Shown piece after piece: positions 8,045 to 18,295 of a stretch of 64,000 bases of DNA (positions are counted from its first letter, which is position 1; each line of letters opens with the position of its first letter). The stretch is taken from NCBI GenBank assembly GCA_037917685.1, contig JAVCBU010000006.1, positions 224,001 through 288,000 on the forward strand. The letters run 5' to 3'. Under the pieces are notes generated by a model. That model saw only the letters and a list, made by a program, of their open reading frames with translations. It was not told the origin of the DNA and ran no database searches. The position numbers and the translations under genes were made by a program. This DNA is from Thermoproteota archaeon (GTDB lineage: Archaea; Korarchaeota; Korarchaeia; Korarchaeales; JAOZGB01).

Positions 8045-9376
8045 GTGGTACTTAAGGAAGTAGGGATATCTCTGAATAAAGCTGTAAGGCGGTTCCTAGG
8101 GCTCCCTCTGCCCGATGAGAAAGCAGTCAATGAATTTATTAAAGATGTCCAAAGAATTCTAATCAAAGCAGATGTAAACGTAGAGCTAGTTTACAAGCTA
8201 ACGTCGAAGATAAAAGAAAAATCACTTAAGGCGGAAGTGCCAATTGGATTTAGCCGTAGGGACGTAGCTGTTAAGACATTATATGAGGAATTAATCAATC
8301 TGCTAGGAGAAAGGCAGAGAAAACTACCAATAAAACCCGGAAAAATAAATACCCTCCTATTTGTGGGTATAGAAGGCTCCGGCAAGACCACTGTTGTAGC
8401 CAAACTAGCTAGACTTCTAGATAAACAGTACGGTAGGGTCGGGGTAATCTCTACTGATACGATAAGACCAGCAGCCAACATACAGCTTGAACAAATGCTA
8501 CCTGAAAGTATTCCTGTATATTTTAATCCTAACAAAAAACCTGTAGAGATAGCGATTGATGGTATAAAAAGGTATAAGTCAAAGGGATACAATATCATTC
8601 TCATCGACACCGCCGGCCGACACAGAAATGAGAAAGACCTGATAAATGAAATGGTTGAACTCGAAAAAAAGATTAAACCAGATATAGTTATCCTGGTAGT
8701 CGATGCTACCATAGGCCAAGCAGCATACGCTCAAGCTAAAGCTTTCTCTGGAGCAACGAATGTGGGCGCAGTAATTGTAACAAAACTTGATAGTACAGCT
8801 AAAGGTGGAGGAGCCCTTTCAGCAGTTGCGGCAACAGGAGCTCCAATAGTATATGTTACTTCTGGAGAATCTCTTGATGATATAGAAGAATTTAACCCTC
8901 AGAGGTTTGTGTCAAGACTTCTAGGAATGGGAGACATTGAAGAGCTTGTAAAAAGAATGGAAGAAGCAAGCGTTGAAATAACACCCGAGGATATAAGAAA
9001 AATAGCCTCAGGAAAATTCACACTGCTTGACTTTAAAAACCAGATAGATCAGCTTGGTAAGTTAGGCCCTCTTAGCAAACTCATCGACCTTATCCCAGGA
9101 TTTAGCTTTAATCTACCATCCGAATTTGGATATCAAGCTCAGGACAAGATGAAAAAATGGGGGGTGATACTAAAATCAATGACTAAAGAGGAGTTGGAGA
9201 ATCCGGAGCTTATCAAAAGAACAAGAATCATCCGAATTGCAAGAGGCTCAGGAGTCACTGTAAGAGATGTTAAAGAACTGTTAAAGGCTTATCATACAAT
9301 GAAGAAAACTCTAAGCTCTATGGGACGGCGAGACATGAGAAAACTTATGAAAAAACTTGGGATGAAGGGGATGTAA
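8045..9376 (+). CDS. srp54: Signal recognition particle protein SRP54
   Basis: GSGKTT, DTAGRH, TKLD..AKGGGALS; M domain RIARGSG. Confidence 0.98.
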   Translation: MVLKEVGISLNKAVRRFLGLPLPDEKAVNEFIKDVQRILIKADVNVELVYKLTSKIKEKSLKAEVPIGFSRRDVAVKTLYEELINLLGERQRKLPIKPGKINTLLFVGIEGSGKTTVVAKLARLLDKQYGRVGVISTDTIRPAANIQLEQMLPESIPVYFNPNKKPVEIAIDGIKRYKSKGYNIILIDTAGRHRNEKDLINEMVELEKKIKPDIVILVVDATIGQAAYAQAKAFSGATNVGAVIVTKLDSTAKGGGALSAVAATGAPIVYVTSGESLDDIEEFNPQRFVSRLLGMGDIEELVKRMEEASVEITPEDIRKIASGKFTLLDFKNQIDQLGKLGPLSKLIDLIPGFSFNLPSEFGYQAQDKMKKWGVILKSMTKEELENPELIKRTRIIRIARGSGVTVRDVKELLKAYHTMKKTLSSMGRRDMRKLMKKLGMKGM

Positions 9377-9380
9377 GTAC

Positions 9381-10586
9381 TTGCCTACGATAGAGGATCT
9401 AAAATCACTATTGGCTACATACAAACTTTGTAACAGGTGTCTTGGGAGGCAGTTTTACTACGCATGCCTATGGATTCCAACAGAAATCAAGGGGAAAATC
9501 GTGAAGGAGATAGCTGATTTCACCACGGTTGAGGAGGAGAAAGACTGCTATATCTGTGGGGGGCTTATATACCAGTTGGAAAGCATTGGAGAGAGAATCC
9601 TCGACAAGTTAGGAGAATACGAGTTTGAGAGCTTTAAGATTGGCACCATCTTCCCAGCGGATGTGCTTGAAAGGGAGGACGAGATTAGAAGTTTAATTTA
9701 TCCGATAGATGCTGCCAGTATCAAAGTTGAATTTAACCAGTACCTAGACAGCTTTGTACATAGTAAAACTAAGGCCGTAATAAATAATCGAGATCCGGAC
9801 GTAAAGATAACAGTGAACATACCTTACGATGCAATATATGTCGAAGTTAAACCCATAGTCATTGCTGGCCGCTACCTTAAATATGAAAGAAACATTCCTC
9901 AAACATCATGGGCGTGTAGACACTGCAAGGGAATAGGCTGTGAGGCGTGTAACTGGACTGGTAAAGAGTATGGAACATCAATTGAGGATTTACTAATTAA
10001 CATCATCCTCCCATACTTTGAGGGCGAGAGGGCTATTCTTCATGCGGGAGGAAGGGAAGACGTAGATGTAAGAGTTTTAGGGTCCGGTAGGCCCTTTGCA
10101 TTAGAGATAATTACACCTAAGAAAAGGAATGTCGATCTTGAAAAGGTGGAAAAGGACCTCAATGAAAAATATGAGGGTGTAATAGAGGTTAAAGGGTTAA
10201 GGTACGTCGATAAAAGCTATATTGGCAAAGTTAAGAGTGAAATGGAGAAAGCCGTCAAGACTTATCTTGCTCTAGTAAAATCTGACGATCCAATAGACGA
10301 TGTAGCCATAGGAAAGGTTGTCAAAAGACTTAAAGGGGCGCTGATCCATCAGAGAACACCAAGAAGAGTTGCACATAGAAGGGTTGACAGAGTTAGGCTT
10401 AAAAGGATCTACGATATAAGTATTCAGAGGGTATCGGAAAACATGTTTAAGATGACAGTAAAGTGTGAGGGAGGAACATACGTGAAGGAGCTGATAACAG
10501 GTGATGATGGTAGAACAAAACCAAGTGTCAGTGGCATACTGGGTTTAAAGGTGGAATGCATTCAGCTGGATGTGATAGATATATAG
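9381..10586 (+). CDS. pus10: tRNA pseudouridine(54/55) synthase Pus10
   Basis: LCNRCLGRQF, GRYLKYERNIPQT, HAGGREDVDVR, QRTPRRV, GGTYVKELITGD. Confidence 0.95.
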   Translation: MPTIEDLKSLLATYKLCNRCLGRQFYYACLWIPTEIKGKIVKEIADFTTVEEEKDCYICGGLIYQLESIGERILDKLGEYEFESFKIGTIFPADVLEREDEIRSLIYPIDAASIKVEFNQYLDSFVHSKTKAVINNRDPDVKITVNIPYDAIYVEVKPIVIAGRYLKYERNIPQTSWACRHCKGIGCEACNWTGKEYGTSIEDLLINIILPYFEGERAILHAGGREDVDVRVLGSGRPFALEIITPKKRNVDLEKVEKDLNEKYEGVIEVKGLRYVDKSYIGKVKSEMEKAVKTYLALVKSDDPIDDVAIGKVVKRLKGALIHQRTPRRVAHRRVDRVRLKRIYDISIQRVSENMFKMTVKCEGGTYVKELITGDDGRTKPSVSGILGLKVECIQLDVIDI

Positions 10587-10889
10587 GTGAGCCTAATGGT
10601 GAAAAGGAGTAAAGGTTTTTTGTCGAGATCTAGAAAATTCCTAACGAAAAAGCCAAGGGAAAGAGGGCTTCCCGGAGTCTCGAGATTCCTACAAGAATTC
10701 AAAATCGGTGAGAAAGTGTATATCGACGTAGAACCAGCAGTTAGGAATGCAATGCCGCACAGGAGATACCAGGGTAAAACCGGGATAGTTACAGGCAAAA
10801 GGGGAAGAGCATACCTAGTTGATGTTAAAGTGGGCTCAAAGGTAAAACATCTTATAATTCACCCTGTTCACTTGAAGCCGGTGAGGTAA
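10587..10889 (+). CDS. rpl21e: 50S ribosomal protein L21e
   Basis: MPHRRYQGKTG, HPVHLKP. Confidence 0.97.
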   Translation: MSLMVKRSKGFLSRSRKFLTKKPRERGLPGVSRFLQEFKIGEKVYIDVEPAVRNAMPHRRYQGKTGIVTGKRGRAYLVDVKVGSKVKHLIIHPVHLKPVR

Positions 10890-11228
10890 ATGGAAATAGT
10901 AGAGAAGACATCGGTTCTATCAGCTCCGGAGGTCAGGTCGATACTCCTAAAGTTATGGGAAAATAAGGGTGTAGAGAATCTGACAAAAACACAAAGGATG
11001 ACAATGGAATATCTAAACCAGTTTTCAGATATTAACCCGGATAAGGCACGGGCGGCAGTAAAAAAACTCATGGATCTTGGTTTAAAAGAGGAAGATGCTG
11101 CCATGCTTGTAGGTTTGAAAATTAAAAAGCGAGAGGAAGTTAGGACAGCCCTATTCGTAGCCTATCCCTTGTTGACAGGTAAAACATATGATGAAATTAT
11201 AAAAATACTCTCAGAGATTCGGGATTAG
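10890..11228 (+). CDS. rpoF: RNA polymerase subunit F (Rpo4)
   Basis: Size, QRMTMEYLNQF pattern, and conserved rpl21e-rpoF-DUF655 order. Confidence 0.85.
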   Translation: MEIVEKTSVLSAPEVRSILLKLWENKGVENLTKTQRMTMEYLNQFSDINPDKARAAVKKLMDLGLKEEDAAMLVGLKIKKREEVRTALFVAYPLLTGKTYDEIIKILSEIRD

Positions 11229-11238
11229 GGGGCTTAAA

Positions 11239-11826
11239 GTGGGTAGCAGAACGCCCAAACTTCTTGAAGAGCATGGTATAATACTTAATATTTATAGAAG
11301 GAGGGTTGAGAAACGCATGAGGACTGTTGCTGAAGCGATAGGGACAAAATACTTTACGCTTCTGGAACTTTTGATCCTAGAAGGCGTTAATATTGAAGTT
11401 GGTGAAAAAGTCTACATAGGAAGAGGCTTCCGGCTCAAAGTTGAAGCAGTCCTGAGAGTGTTGAGATACGAAGAATTATCCTCTCTTGCTCGAATGGAAC
11501 TTGAGAATGCCGTTAGAAAAATTGTAGAGGAGAACGAAGAGAGATTTTTGTCATTTTTCAATAAAAGTAAACCTATAAACATACGTATTCATGAACTGAA
11601 TCTTCTTCCAGGTATTGGAAGGAAGACTATGTGGAAGATACTTGATGAACGTTCTAAAAAGCCATTCACCAGTTTTGATGACCTAGAAGAAAGAACGGAC
11701 GTTCGCAACCCAAAGGGGGCGATAATACAGAGGATATTGGAGGAACTTCAAACGAAATGTAGACATTCCCTTTTTGTTGCTAAGCCGCTCGAAAGACAAT
11801 ATCCAAGGTTTATTTATAACTCGTAA
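11239..11826 (+). CDS. DUF655 family nucleic-acid-binding protein
   Basis: FTLLEL, HELNLLPGIGRK (helix-hairpin-helix), PFTSFDDL. Confidence 0.92.
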   Translation: MGSRTPKLLEEHGIILNIYRRRVEKRMRTVAEAIGTKYFTLLELLILEGVNIEVGEKVYIGRGFRLKVEAVLRVLRYEELSSLARMELENAVRKIVEENEERFLSFFNKSKPINIRIHELNLLPGIGRKTMWKILDERSKKPFTSFDDLEERTDVRNPKGAIIQRILEELQTKCRHSLFVAKPLERQYPRFIYNS

Positions 11827-12062
11827 GCTCTTCTTTTCTTAGATCTTGGAAATTCGATCATCATATCTTCTAGTAGCTTCATAACTGCGTCCTCACGATG
11901 TGTAGGTTTAACCTCCCCCTCCTTCGGATTACTTGGATTCCTGACAACATTAAAAAGCCCGGATCCGCAGTTTGGGCATCTGAGCTTACCATCCTTTGTC
12001 CTCAGCTCTTCATCAGTAAAGAGTTTCCCGCATACTCTGCATCTTCTTAAGATGCTTGACAA
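11814..12062 (-). CDS. Small Zn-ribbon protein (Rpo12/RpoP-like N-terminus with C-terminal extension)
   Basis: CRVCGKLFTDEEL...RCPNCGSGLF..VR. Confidence 0.65.
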   Translation of the reverse strand: MSSILRRCRVCGKLFTDEELRTKDGKLRCPNCGSGLFNVVRNPSNPKEGEVKPTHREDAVMKLLEDMMIEFPRSKKRRAYEL

Positions 12063-12130
12063 TGTTATCCACTATATGGAATCTTTACTTTCTTTAAAAG
12101 ATATGTGAACTATCAATTAGGTGAACTACG

Positions 12131-13699
12131 TTGACAGACACCAAACCTATAATTCCAGACTTAAATTCAATATTGTACTCCCTGATACTGAAAGAAGAAG
12201 GGTTAGACCGTATTAGAAATAGAAAAATCATAATTCCCTCATCCTATGTAAGATTGTTTGTCAAAAGGTCAGAGGAAGGAGACAAATGGGCTTTAGATGG
12301 GCTTAAAACCATCCAGAAACTTAGAATCATGTTCAAAAAGGGTATAATAGCCGGTTTAGACATAGTAGACTCCCCTATAATGCCCCAAGACCGTCTTTTA
12401 CCATTGCTTGCATCTAAATATAATGCGGTCATTATCACTGGAGACTACATACTATATCAGATGCTTGTGACACTGGACATAAACACAATCTACATCGGTC
12501 CACCAATAGGTCAGATAGAAGCGTTAAAGTATTTTGATGCTCAGACTTTGAGCATTCATCTAAAAGAAGGCGCGAAGCCCCTGGCAAAGAAGGGTAAGCC
12601 AGGAAGCTTTAACCTAGTGGAGTTATCTAATAAGGTTTTAACAAGAGAAGACATGCTTAGAATGGCGTATGAAGTCATAGAGAGTTCAAATATAGACCCG
12701 AATACAACAATTGAAATTAAAAGACGGGGAGCCTATGTAATACAGAAGGGGGAATACAGGATCTCAGTATCATTCCCACCCTTCTCTGACGGAATCGAAA
12801 TAACTGCTGTTCGACCACTTGTAAGAGTTCTACTGGAGGACTACGACCTCAGCGACAAGTTAAAAAAGAGGATTAGGGAGAGAGCAGCTGGCATAATAAT
12901 AGCCGGTCCGCCAGGATCTGGTAAGACAACCTTTGCAAGTGCTCTCATAGAATTCTACAGAAGAAACAGGAAAATAGTGAAAACCCTTGAATCACCCAGA
13001 GATTTACAGGTAGATCCAGAAGTGACGCAGTATACAAGGCTGGAGGGAAGCTTCGAGAAGACAGCCGATCTACTACTCCTTGTTAGGCCGGATTACGTCT
13101 GCTTTGATGAAATGCGTAAAACTGGAGACTTCAAAATCTATACAGACATGCGTCTTGCAGGTATAGGAATGATAGGTGTAGTTCACTGCGGGTCCCCTAT
13201 CGAAGCAATTCAGAGATTTATAGGTAGAGTCGACCTTGGACTACTCCCTCACATAGTAGACACAATAATATTCATAGAAAATGGGAGGATAAAAGAAGTT
13301 TTGAGCCTTGAGATAACAGTTAAGCTCCCTGAAGGAATGAAGGATAGAGCCTTAGCTAGGCCTGTTATAGTTGTAAGAGATTTTGAATCTGGCAATCCAA
13401 TATATGAAATATACTCGTTTGCAGATGAGGTTATAATATTCCCTGTTGGGAGGAGAAAGCAGCCTATAAAGGGTGAAGTCGTTCCATACCAGTATAGACG
13501 TAGAAAGAAAACGCTTCAGTTGATGTTTCCACCATCATATGCAGGAAAACATATTTCATTGTACTCGAATAAGGTGAGGCTAGGAAGCAGATTAGCTGAC
13601 GACAAAGCTACTATAGTTATACCACTCAGATCTAAGCTTGGAAAAGTATTGCTTAAAGCACTTAGGGAGGGTATTCTCGAAGTTAGGTCTGAGGAGTAA
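12131..13699 (+). CDS. PIN-domain / secretion-type P-loop ATPase (PINA family)
   Basis: GPPGSGKTTFA, KTLESPRDL, LLLVRPDY..FDEMR, DMRLAGIGMIGVVH; degenerate N-terminal PIN domain. Confidence 0.9.
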   Translation: MTDTKPIIPDLNSILYSLILKEEGLDRIRNRKIIIPSSYVRLFVKRSEEGDKWALDGLKTIQKLRIMFKKGIIAGLDIVDSPIMPQDRLLPLLASKYNAVIITGDYILYQMLVTLDINTIYIGPPIGQIEALKYFDAQTLSIHLKEGAKPLAKKGKPGSFNLVELSNKVLTREDMLRMAYEVIESSNIDPNTTIEIKRRGAYVIQKGEYRISVSFPPFSDGIEITAVRPLVRVLLEDYDLSDKLKKRIRERAAGIIIAGPPGSGKTTFASALIEFYRRNRKIVKTLESPRDLQVDPEVTQYTRLEGSFEKTADLLLLVRPDYVCFDEMRKTGDFKIYTDMRLAGIGMIGVVHCGSPIEAIQRFIGRVDLGLLPHIVDTIIFIENGRIKEVLSLEITVKLPEGMKDRALARPVIVVRDFESGNPIYEIYSFADEVIIFPVGRRKQPIKGEVVPYQYRRRKKTLQLMFPPSYAGKHISLYSNKVRLGSRLADDKATIVIPLRSKLGKVLLKALREGILEVRSEE

Positions 13700-14207
13700 G
13701 TGAATAAATAGTCCTGAGCCTCTCAGCAGCGTTTATCTCATTTAAAAACTCTGCTACAGAGGCTGGGACAAGAGGTTCCCACCTCTCGCCGTTTAAAATT
13801 TTCATTCTTATTTTCGTTGCTTCATAAATTTCTCTTTTGTAAAAAGGTATAGGCTCGACTTTTACATTCAAATCCGCAATCTCACGTTTAGTCCATGGGT
13901 CATTAGTAAATACAACATCAAAGCTTGGACACCTAGATTTAACTATCTCAGACCATTTTTCACCTGGTCTCGAATCAGGGATAGCAGTAATACACAACCT
14001 TCCAAAATCAACATTCACCTCTTTTAACGCTAAAACAACCATTGTAAATCTCTCACTGATAGAAAAGGGATTCTTAACCGTATCTTTAAACTGTGAACTA
14101 CCGATCCCTATGATCAAGAAGTTAACTTTTGAAAGGCAATACTCTACAGCCCTAAGATGACCGTAGTGGAAAGGTTGGAATCGGCCGATATACAAGCCTC
14201 TAATCAA
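13683..14207 (-). CDS. nadM: Nicotinamide-nucleotide adenylyltransferase
   Basis: GRFQPFHYGH, IGIGSSQ, NPFSISER, ATKIR. Confidence 0.93.
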   Translation of the reverse strand: MIRGLYIGRFQPFHYGHLRAVEYCLSKVNFLIIGIGSSQFKDTVKNPFSISERFTMVVLALKEVNVDFGRLCITAIPDSRPGEKWSEIVKSRCPSFDVVFTNDPWTKREIADLNVKVEPIPFYKREIYEATKIRMKILNGERWEPLVPASVAEFLNEINAAERLRTIYSLTPQT

Positions 14208-14859
14208 ATCCTAACACCCTCAACCTGTGAAAAATGGTTACCTTTATTATAAGACTTAGAGGGGTAATCACCCCCACAGGCATAGTTAAGCCCTGGCTAA
14301 TACTTTTAAGAATATTATCAAGCTCAAAATCAGCTTCGACTATGGTATAAGCATTTCCAACCTCCCATACTGAGTGGGCGTCGCTACCTCCTACACAGCT
14401 TAATCCAAGAGCCTTACACTTTTTCTCGGCTTTTCGATTCTCAAATCCTCTAGCTCGAGCATTTAAAGTCTCAATACCGTTGAAATCTAACCTTAACATA
14501 TAATCTCCTAAGCTCCCTCTCGAAAGTATAGAATACGGATGGGCGGCGATGGCTAACCCACCTCGTTCATGTATCTCATCCACGACTTCTTCTGGTTCTA
14601 CGTCAGGCCGAATTTCATCGTACACCCCCAGAGCAAGGATGTCTCCTCTTTTGCTTCTGACTTCAATGCCTGGGATAACAATGAAGTTATCAATCTTTTT
14701 GGCTATTTTAATCGCTTCTAAGCTTCCAGCGATAGTGTTATGATCTGTAATAGCAATTCCATCCAGCCCTTTGGATTTTGCAACCTTAATTAAGCTATAT
14801 ACGTCATGTATTCCATCGGAAAAGGTACTATGAACGTGAAGGTCTATTTTAACTTTCAA
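14200..14859 (-). CDS. PHP-domain metal-dependent phosphoesterase
   Basis: DLHVHS..SDG, AITDHN, AAHPY, GGSDAH. Confidence 0.93.
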   Translation of the reverse strand: MKVKIDLHVHSTFSDGIHDVYSLIKVAKSKGLDGIAITDHNTIAGSLEAIKIAKKIDNFIVIPGIEVRSKRGDILALGVYDEIRPDVEPEEVVDEIHERGGLAIAAHPYSILSRGSLGDYMLRLDFNGIETLNARARGFENRKAEKKCKALGLSCVGGSDAHSVWEVGNAYTIVEADFELDNILKSISQGLTMPVGVITPLSLIIKVTIFHRLRVLGFD

Positions 14860-15067
14860 ACCTACATCCCCCGTGTAGATAGTTTTAGTTCAGTTGCCTG
14901 CATAATTTTAAACTTAACAAGCTAAATTCAATCATACACCAATCAGTCTGTGCATGAAAGACAACTCCATGTTGATTTAAAACTCACATAGCGGTTTCCT
15001 AACACAGCTTGATATCGTTCATCCATAACATTAAGATTTTAAGATCGTCCGGCTTAGATGTGTTAAC

Positions 15068-16333
15068 ATGGCAAGAACTTCAAGACTCCCTGGTTTTTAC
15101 AATCTTGCAGTTGATGAAAGACTTAGAATAGTGGCAGACTTCGCGGGTCTCTCGGATGAGGAGGTTGCTCTACTTAAGAATACAGGTTCCTTAGATGTTG
15201 ATTTAGCGAATAGGATGATTGAAAATGTAATTGGTGTAATGCCCGTAACACTTGGTATAGCTACTAACTTCCTGATAAATGGTAAAGACTACTTAATCCC
15301 AATGGCCATAGAAGAACCTTCAGTAGTAGCCGCTGCGAGTCACGCAGCTAAACTTGCTAGGGTGAAAGGTGGATTTTCAACAAGTAGCACAGAACCTGTG
15401 ATGATAGGTCAAATACAAGTTGTAGGTCTCAGCGATCCGTACCGTGCAAAGTTTGATGTGCTTAACGCGAAAAATGAAATCATAGAAAGAGCTAACGAAA
15501 AAGACCCAATCCTAGTCAAGCTTGGTGGTGGGGTCAAAGACGTTCAAGCTAAAGTTATTGAGACATTTATGGGTTCAATGTTAATTGTAGAGTTGCTTGT
15601 TGATGTAAGAGATGCCATGGGGGCTAACGCTGTAAACACTATGTGCGAAGCGGTGGCCCCCCTTGTAGAAGATATTACAGGAGGGCGGGTTAGACTCAGG
15701 ATAATCTCAAATTTAGCCACGCATAGAATTGCAAGGGCTAAGGCTGTTTTTGATAAGGACGCTATAGGGGGGGAAGATGTCGTCGAGGGAATAATGGAAG
15801 CCTACGCATTTGCATGTGAAGACCCATATAGGGCGGCCACCCACAACAAGGGGATAATGAATGGGATTACAGCAGTCGTCTTAGCAACAGGAAATGACAC
15901 AAGGGCTATAGAGGCTGGATGTCACGCTTACGCGTCAAGATTTGGGTGGTATACCTCGCTTTCAACATGGGAAGTGAATGATGATGGAGATCTCGTTGGA
16001 TACCTTGAAATTCCAGCGGCTGTTGGCATCATCGGAGGAGCAACAAAAGTTCACCCAATAGCCAAGATAAACCTTAAAATACTAGGTGTAAAGACTGCAA
16101 GAGAGTTGTCTGAGATTCTTGCAGCTGTAGGGCTTGCTCAAAACTTTGCCGCTCTCAGAGCTCTCGCAACTGAAGGAATTCAAAGGGGTCACATGGAACT
16201 CCACGCTAGAAACGTTGCTATAATGGCTGGAGCAAAGGGAAAGTTAGTTGACCTGGTAGCTGAGAGAATGGTTAAAGAAGGTGTTATACGTATTGACAAA
16301 GCTAAAGAAATATTAAGAGAGCTTAAATCCTAG
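15068..16333 (+). CDS. hmgA: HMG-CoA reductase, class II
   Basis: MIENVIG, EEPSVVAA, DAMGANAVN, THNKGIMNG, EGIQRGHM. Confidence 0.96.
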   Translation: MARTSRLPGFYNLAVDERLRIVADFAGLSDEEVALLKNTGSLDVDLANRMIENVIGVMPVTLGIATNFLINGKDYLIPMAIEEPSVVAAASHAAKLARVKGGFSTSSTEPVMIGQIQVVGLSDPYRAKFDVLNAKNEIIERANEKDPILVKLGGGVKDVQAKVIETFMGSMLIVELLVDVRDAMGANAVNTMCEAVAPLVEDITGGRVRLRIISNLATHRIARAKAVFDKDAIGGEDVVEGIMEAYAFACEDPYRAATHNKGIMNGITAVVLATGNDTRAIEAGCHAYASRFGWYTSLSTWEVNDDGDLVGYLEIPAAVGIIGGATKVHPIAKINLKILGVKTARELSEILAAVGLAQNFAALRALATEGIQRGHMELHARNVAIMAGAKGKLVDLVAERMVKEGVIRIDKAKEILRELKS

Positions 16334-17195
16334 CCTTCAGCCAATATGCAAGCTTAAGGAGGCCGGCGTGGACAAGGTCGAAATTAGACCCCACATAATC
16401 TAAGCCATCTCCCTCTATAGTTGCATTTATTTCCCCGACGCCTGAAAGCCATGCTTTCCTAATATGGGCTACTAGGAGAGGGTTAAAACCCAAAATTCTG
16501 GCGCATACCGAGTCAACAGCGACAATGTCTTTCCCAGCGATAATTAAACCAGTTCTCTTAGGGTACCCATATGTGGGTCCTTTTTCTCCTTCCATCGATA
16601 TTATCCCATCAACTATGGAGAAATCTACCTTCATTGCAATATTTGCATCCACAATAGCATCATCGAGATACTTGTGATATACTATCTTCCTCTTATTTGG
16701 GATTGCTCCGAACATATTTTTCAAGCCACATGTAACCTTTGTCAGAAGATGCGTCTTCAGCTTGGAAAGCGATATTATATAATCTGCTTTACCAATCGTT
16801 CTAGCAATTTTGATCTTTCTCAGCTTCCTCCCATTCAACGTTACTTCATCAGTGACGTCCTTAGTCAAGTTTACAAGTTTAAAACCAAGCTCTTTGGCCA
16901 TATCTTCAAATCCCAGCCATTTAAAGAGAATGTCAGCATTCATGGAGGTAGCATCACTTTCAACAACATACACCTCTCCAGGAGAGTACTTGGCTCTTAT
17001 GTGATTTACGAGGGCTTTTAGGACTCTCGGGTCAGTTGTAGCGCCTGAAGTATAATCTCTAAAATTGCAAAGGTTAATCTTAATAACAACCCTGCCTCCT
17101 TTCTTTATCCCCATACCTCCAGCTATTTCGATGGCACGGCTTACCGCACTATATATATTCTTTGAAACCCTAACTACCGATACTTTAGGTTTCAA
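16323..17195 (-). CDS. DUF362 family protein
   Basis: IKINL, TTDPRV, KLKTH, LKNMFG, VDGIISMEG..GP, DIVAVDSV. Confidence 0.9.
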   Translation of the reverse strand: MKPKVSVVRVSKNIYSAVSRAIEIAGGMGIKKGGRVVIKINLCNFRDYTSGATTDPRVLKALVNHIRAKYSPGEVYVVESDATSMNADILFKWLGFEDMAKELGFKLVNLTKDVTDEVTLNGRKLRKIKIARTIGKADYIISLSKLKTHLLTKVTCGLKNMFGAIPNKRKIVYHKYLDDAIVDANIAMKVDFSIVDGIISMEGEKGPTYGYPKRTGLIIAGKDIVAVDSVCARILGFNPLLVAHIRKAWLSGVGEINATIEGDGLDYVGSNFDLVHAGLLKLAYWLKARI

Positions 17196-17254
17196 TTGCT
17201 AGCTCATTCCCTCGTGAAACATATAATAATAGTTAGACGTTATATCAAAGAAAT

Positions 17255-18295
17255 GTGAGAAAACTAAAAATTGGAATCATCGGATGCGGGTCGGTAGCTT
17301 TAAAGGGGCATATTCCAGCATGGAACTTGTTTAACAATGTTATCCTAGCAGCGGCAGCGGACCCAGATCCAGTTGCAAGGAAAAAATGTAAGAAATATGT
17401 AGATAACCTTTACGATGACTACAGGGAAATGTTAATGAAGGAGGAGCTTGATATCGTTGACATATGCACTCCTCCTCATTTGCATCATGATGTGTGCTTA
17501 CATGCGGTTGAGCGTGGTGTTAATATCCTTGTGGAGAAGCCGATGGCTATATCTAAAAATCAAGCAATCGAAATGGTTGATAAGGCTCATAAATATGGTG
17601 TAAAACTTTGTGTGATGCAAAATCATCGTTATATACCCGTAGTCATGGTTGCTAAGAAGATTGTTGATAGTGGGGGGCTGGGCTCTATTGTTGGAGTTTC
17701 AGGTCAATTGTTTCTTCCTCCCCCGTTTGGCTGGACCTATTCTACGTGGCCCTTTGAAAGAAGTAAGGGGGGAGGTGTTGTCTTTAACGTAGCTATACAT
17801 GTTATTGATCTTGCTTTATGGTTTGCAGGGGACGTTGAAAGTGTTTTTGCTTATGGAGGGGATTTTCTTGGTAGAATGGACATCGAAGGATACTTTTCAG
17901 CTCTGTTAAAGTTTAATAACAAGGCAATCGGTGTAATTGAGTCGTCATGGTACAATGGAGGACTTAGGAGCACCTTCGAGCTCAGGGGAACTGGCGGCGA
18001 AATCAAAATCGACCTAAGAAATAATCATATGTTAAGGTACTCTAGCTATCTAACCCCCTATGAAGAGGTTAAATCGTTGCTGTCCAAATTTTTAAAGGTC
18101 GGATTAGAGGTTGTTAAAAAGAAATATTTTAAAGGGTTCTTAGCATACCAAGCTAGGCTTATAGGCGACTTCATAAATTCGATAGTTAACGATACCCAGC
18201 CCCCTGTGCCCGGTGAGGATGGGTTAAAATCGGTATCTGTTGCTGAGTCTATCTCACTATCTATAATAAAAAATGCTCCGGTCCGGGTTACTTAA
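17255..18295 (+). CDS. Gfo/Idh/MocA family NAD(P)-dependent oxidoreductase
   Basis: GIIGCG, ICTPPHLH, VEKPMA, HVIDL. Confidence 0.93.
   Translation: MRKLKIGIIGCGSVALKGHIPAWNLFNNVILAAAADPDPVARKKCKKYVDNLYDDYREMLMKEELDIVDICTPPHLHHDVCLHAVERGVNILVEKPMAISKNQAIEMVDKAHKYGVKLCVMQNHRYIPVVMVAKKIVDSGGLGSIVGVSGQLFLPPPFGWTYSTWPFERSKGGGVVFNVAIHVIDLALWFAGDVESVFAYGGDFLGRMDIEGYFSALLKFNNKAIGVIESSWYNGGLRSTFELRGTGGEIKIDLRNNHMLRYSSYLTPYEEVKSLLSKFLKVGLEVVKKKYFKGFLAYQARLIGDFINSIVNDTQPPVPGEDGLKSVSVAESISLSIIKNAPVRVT

Noticed and set aside
14943-15026. 27-codon minus-strand ORF (MDERYQ...CLSCTD) in the PHP-hmgA intergenic region
   Set aside because: Short, only one CxxC, no clear SD; cannot be distinguished from chance
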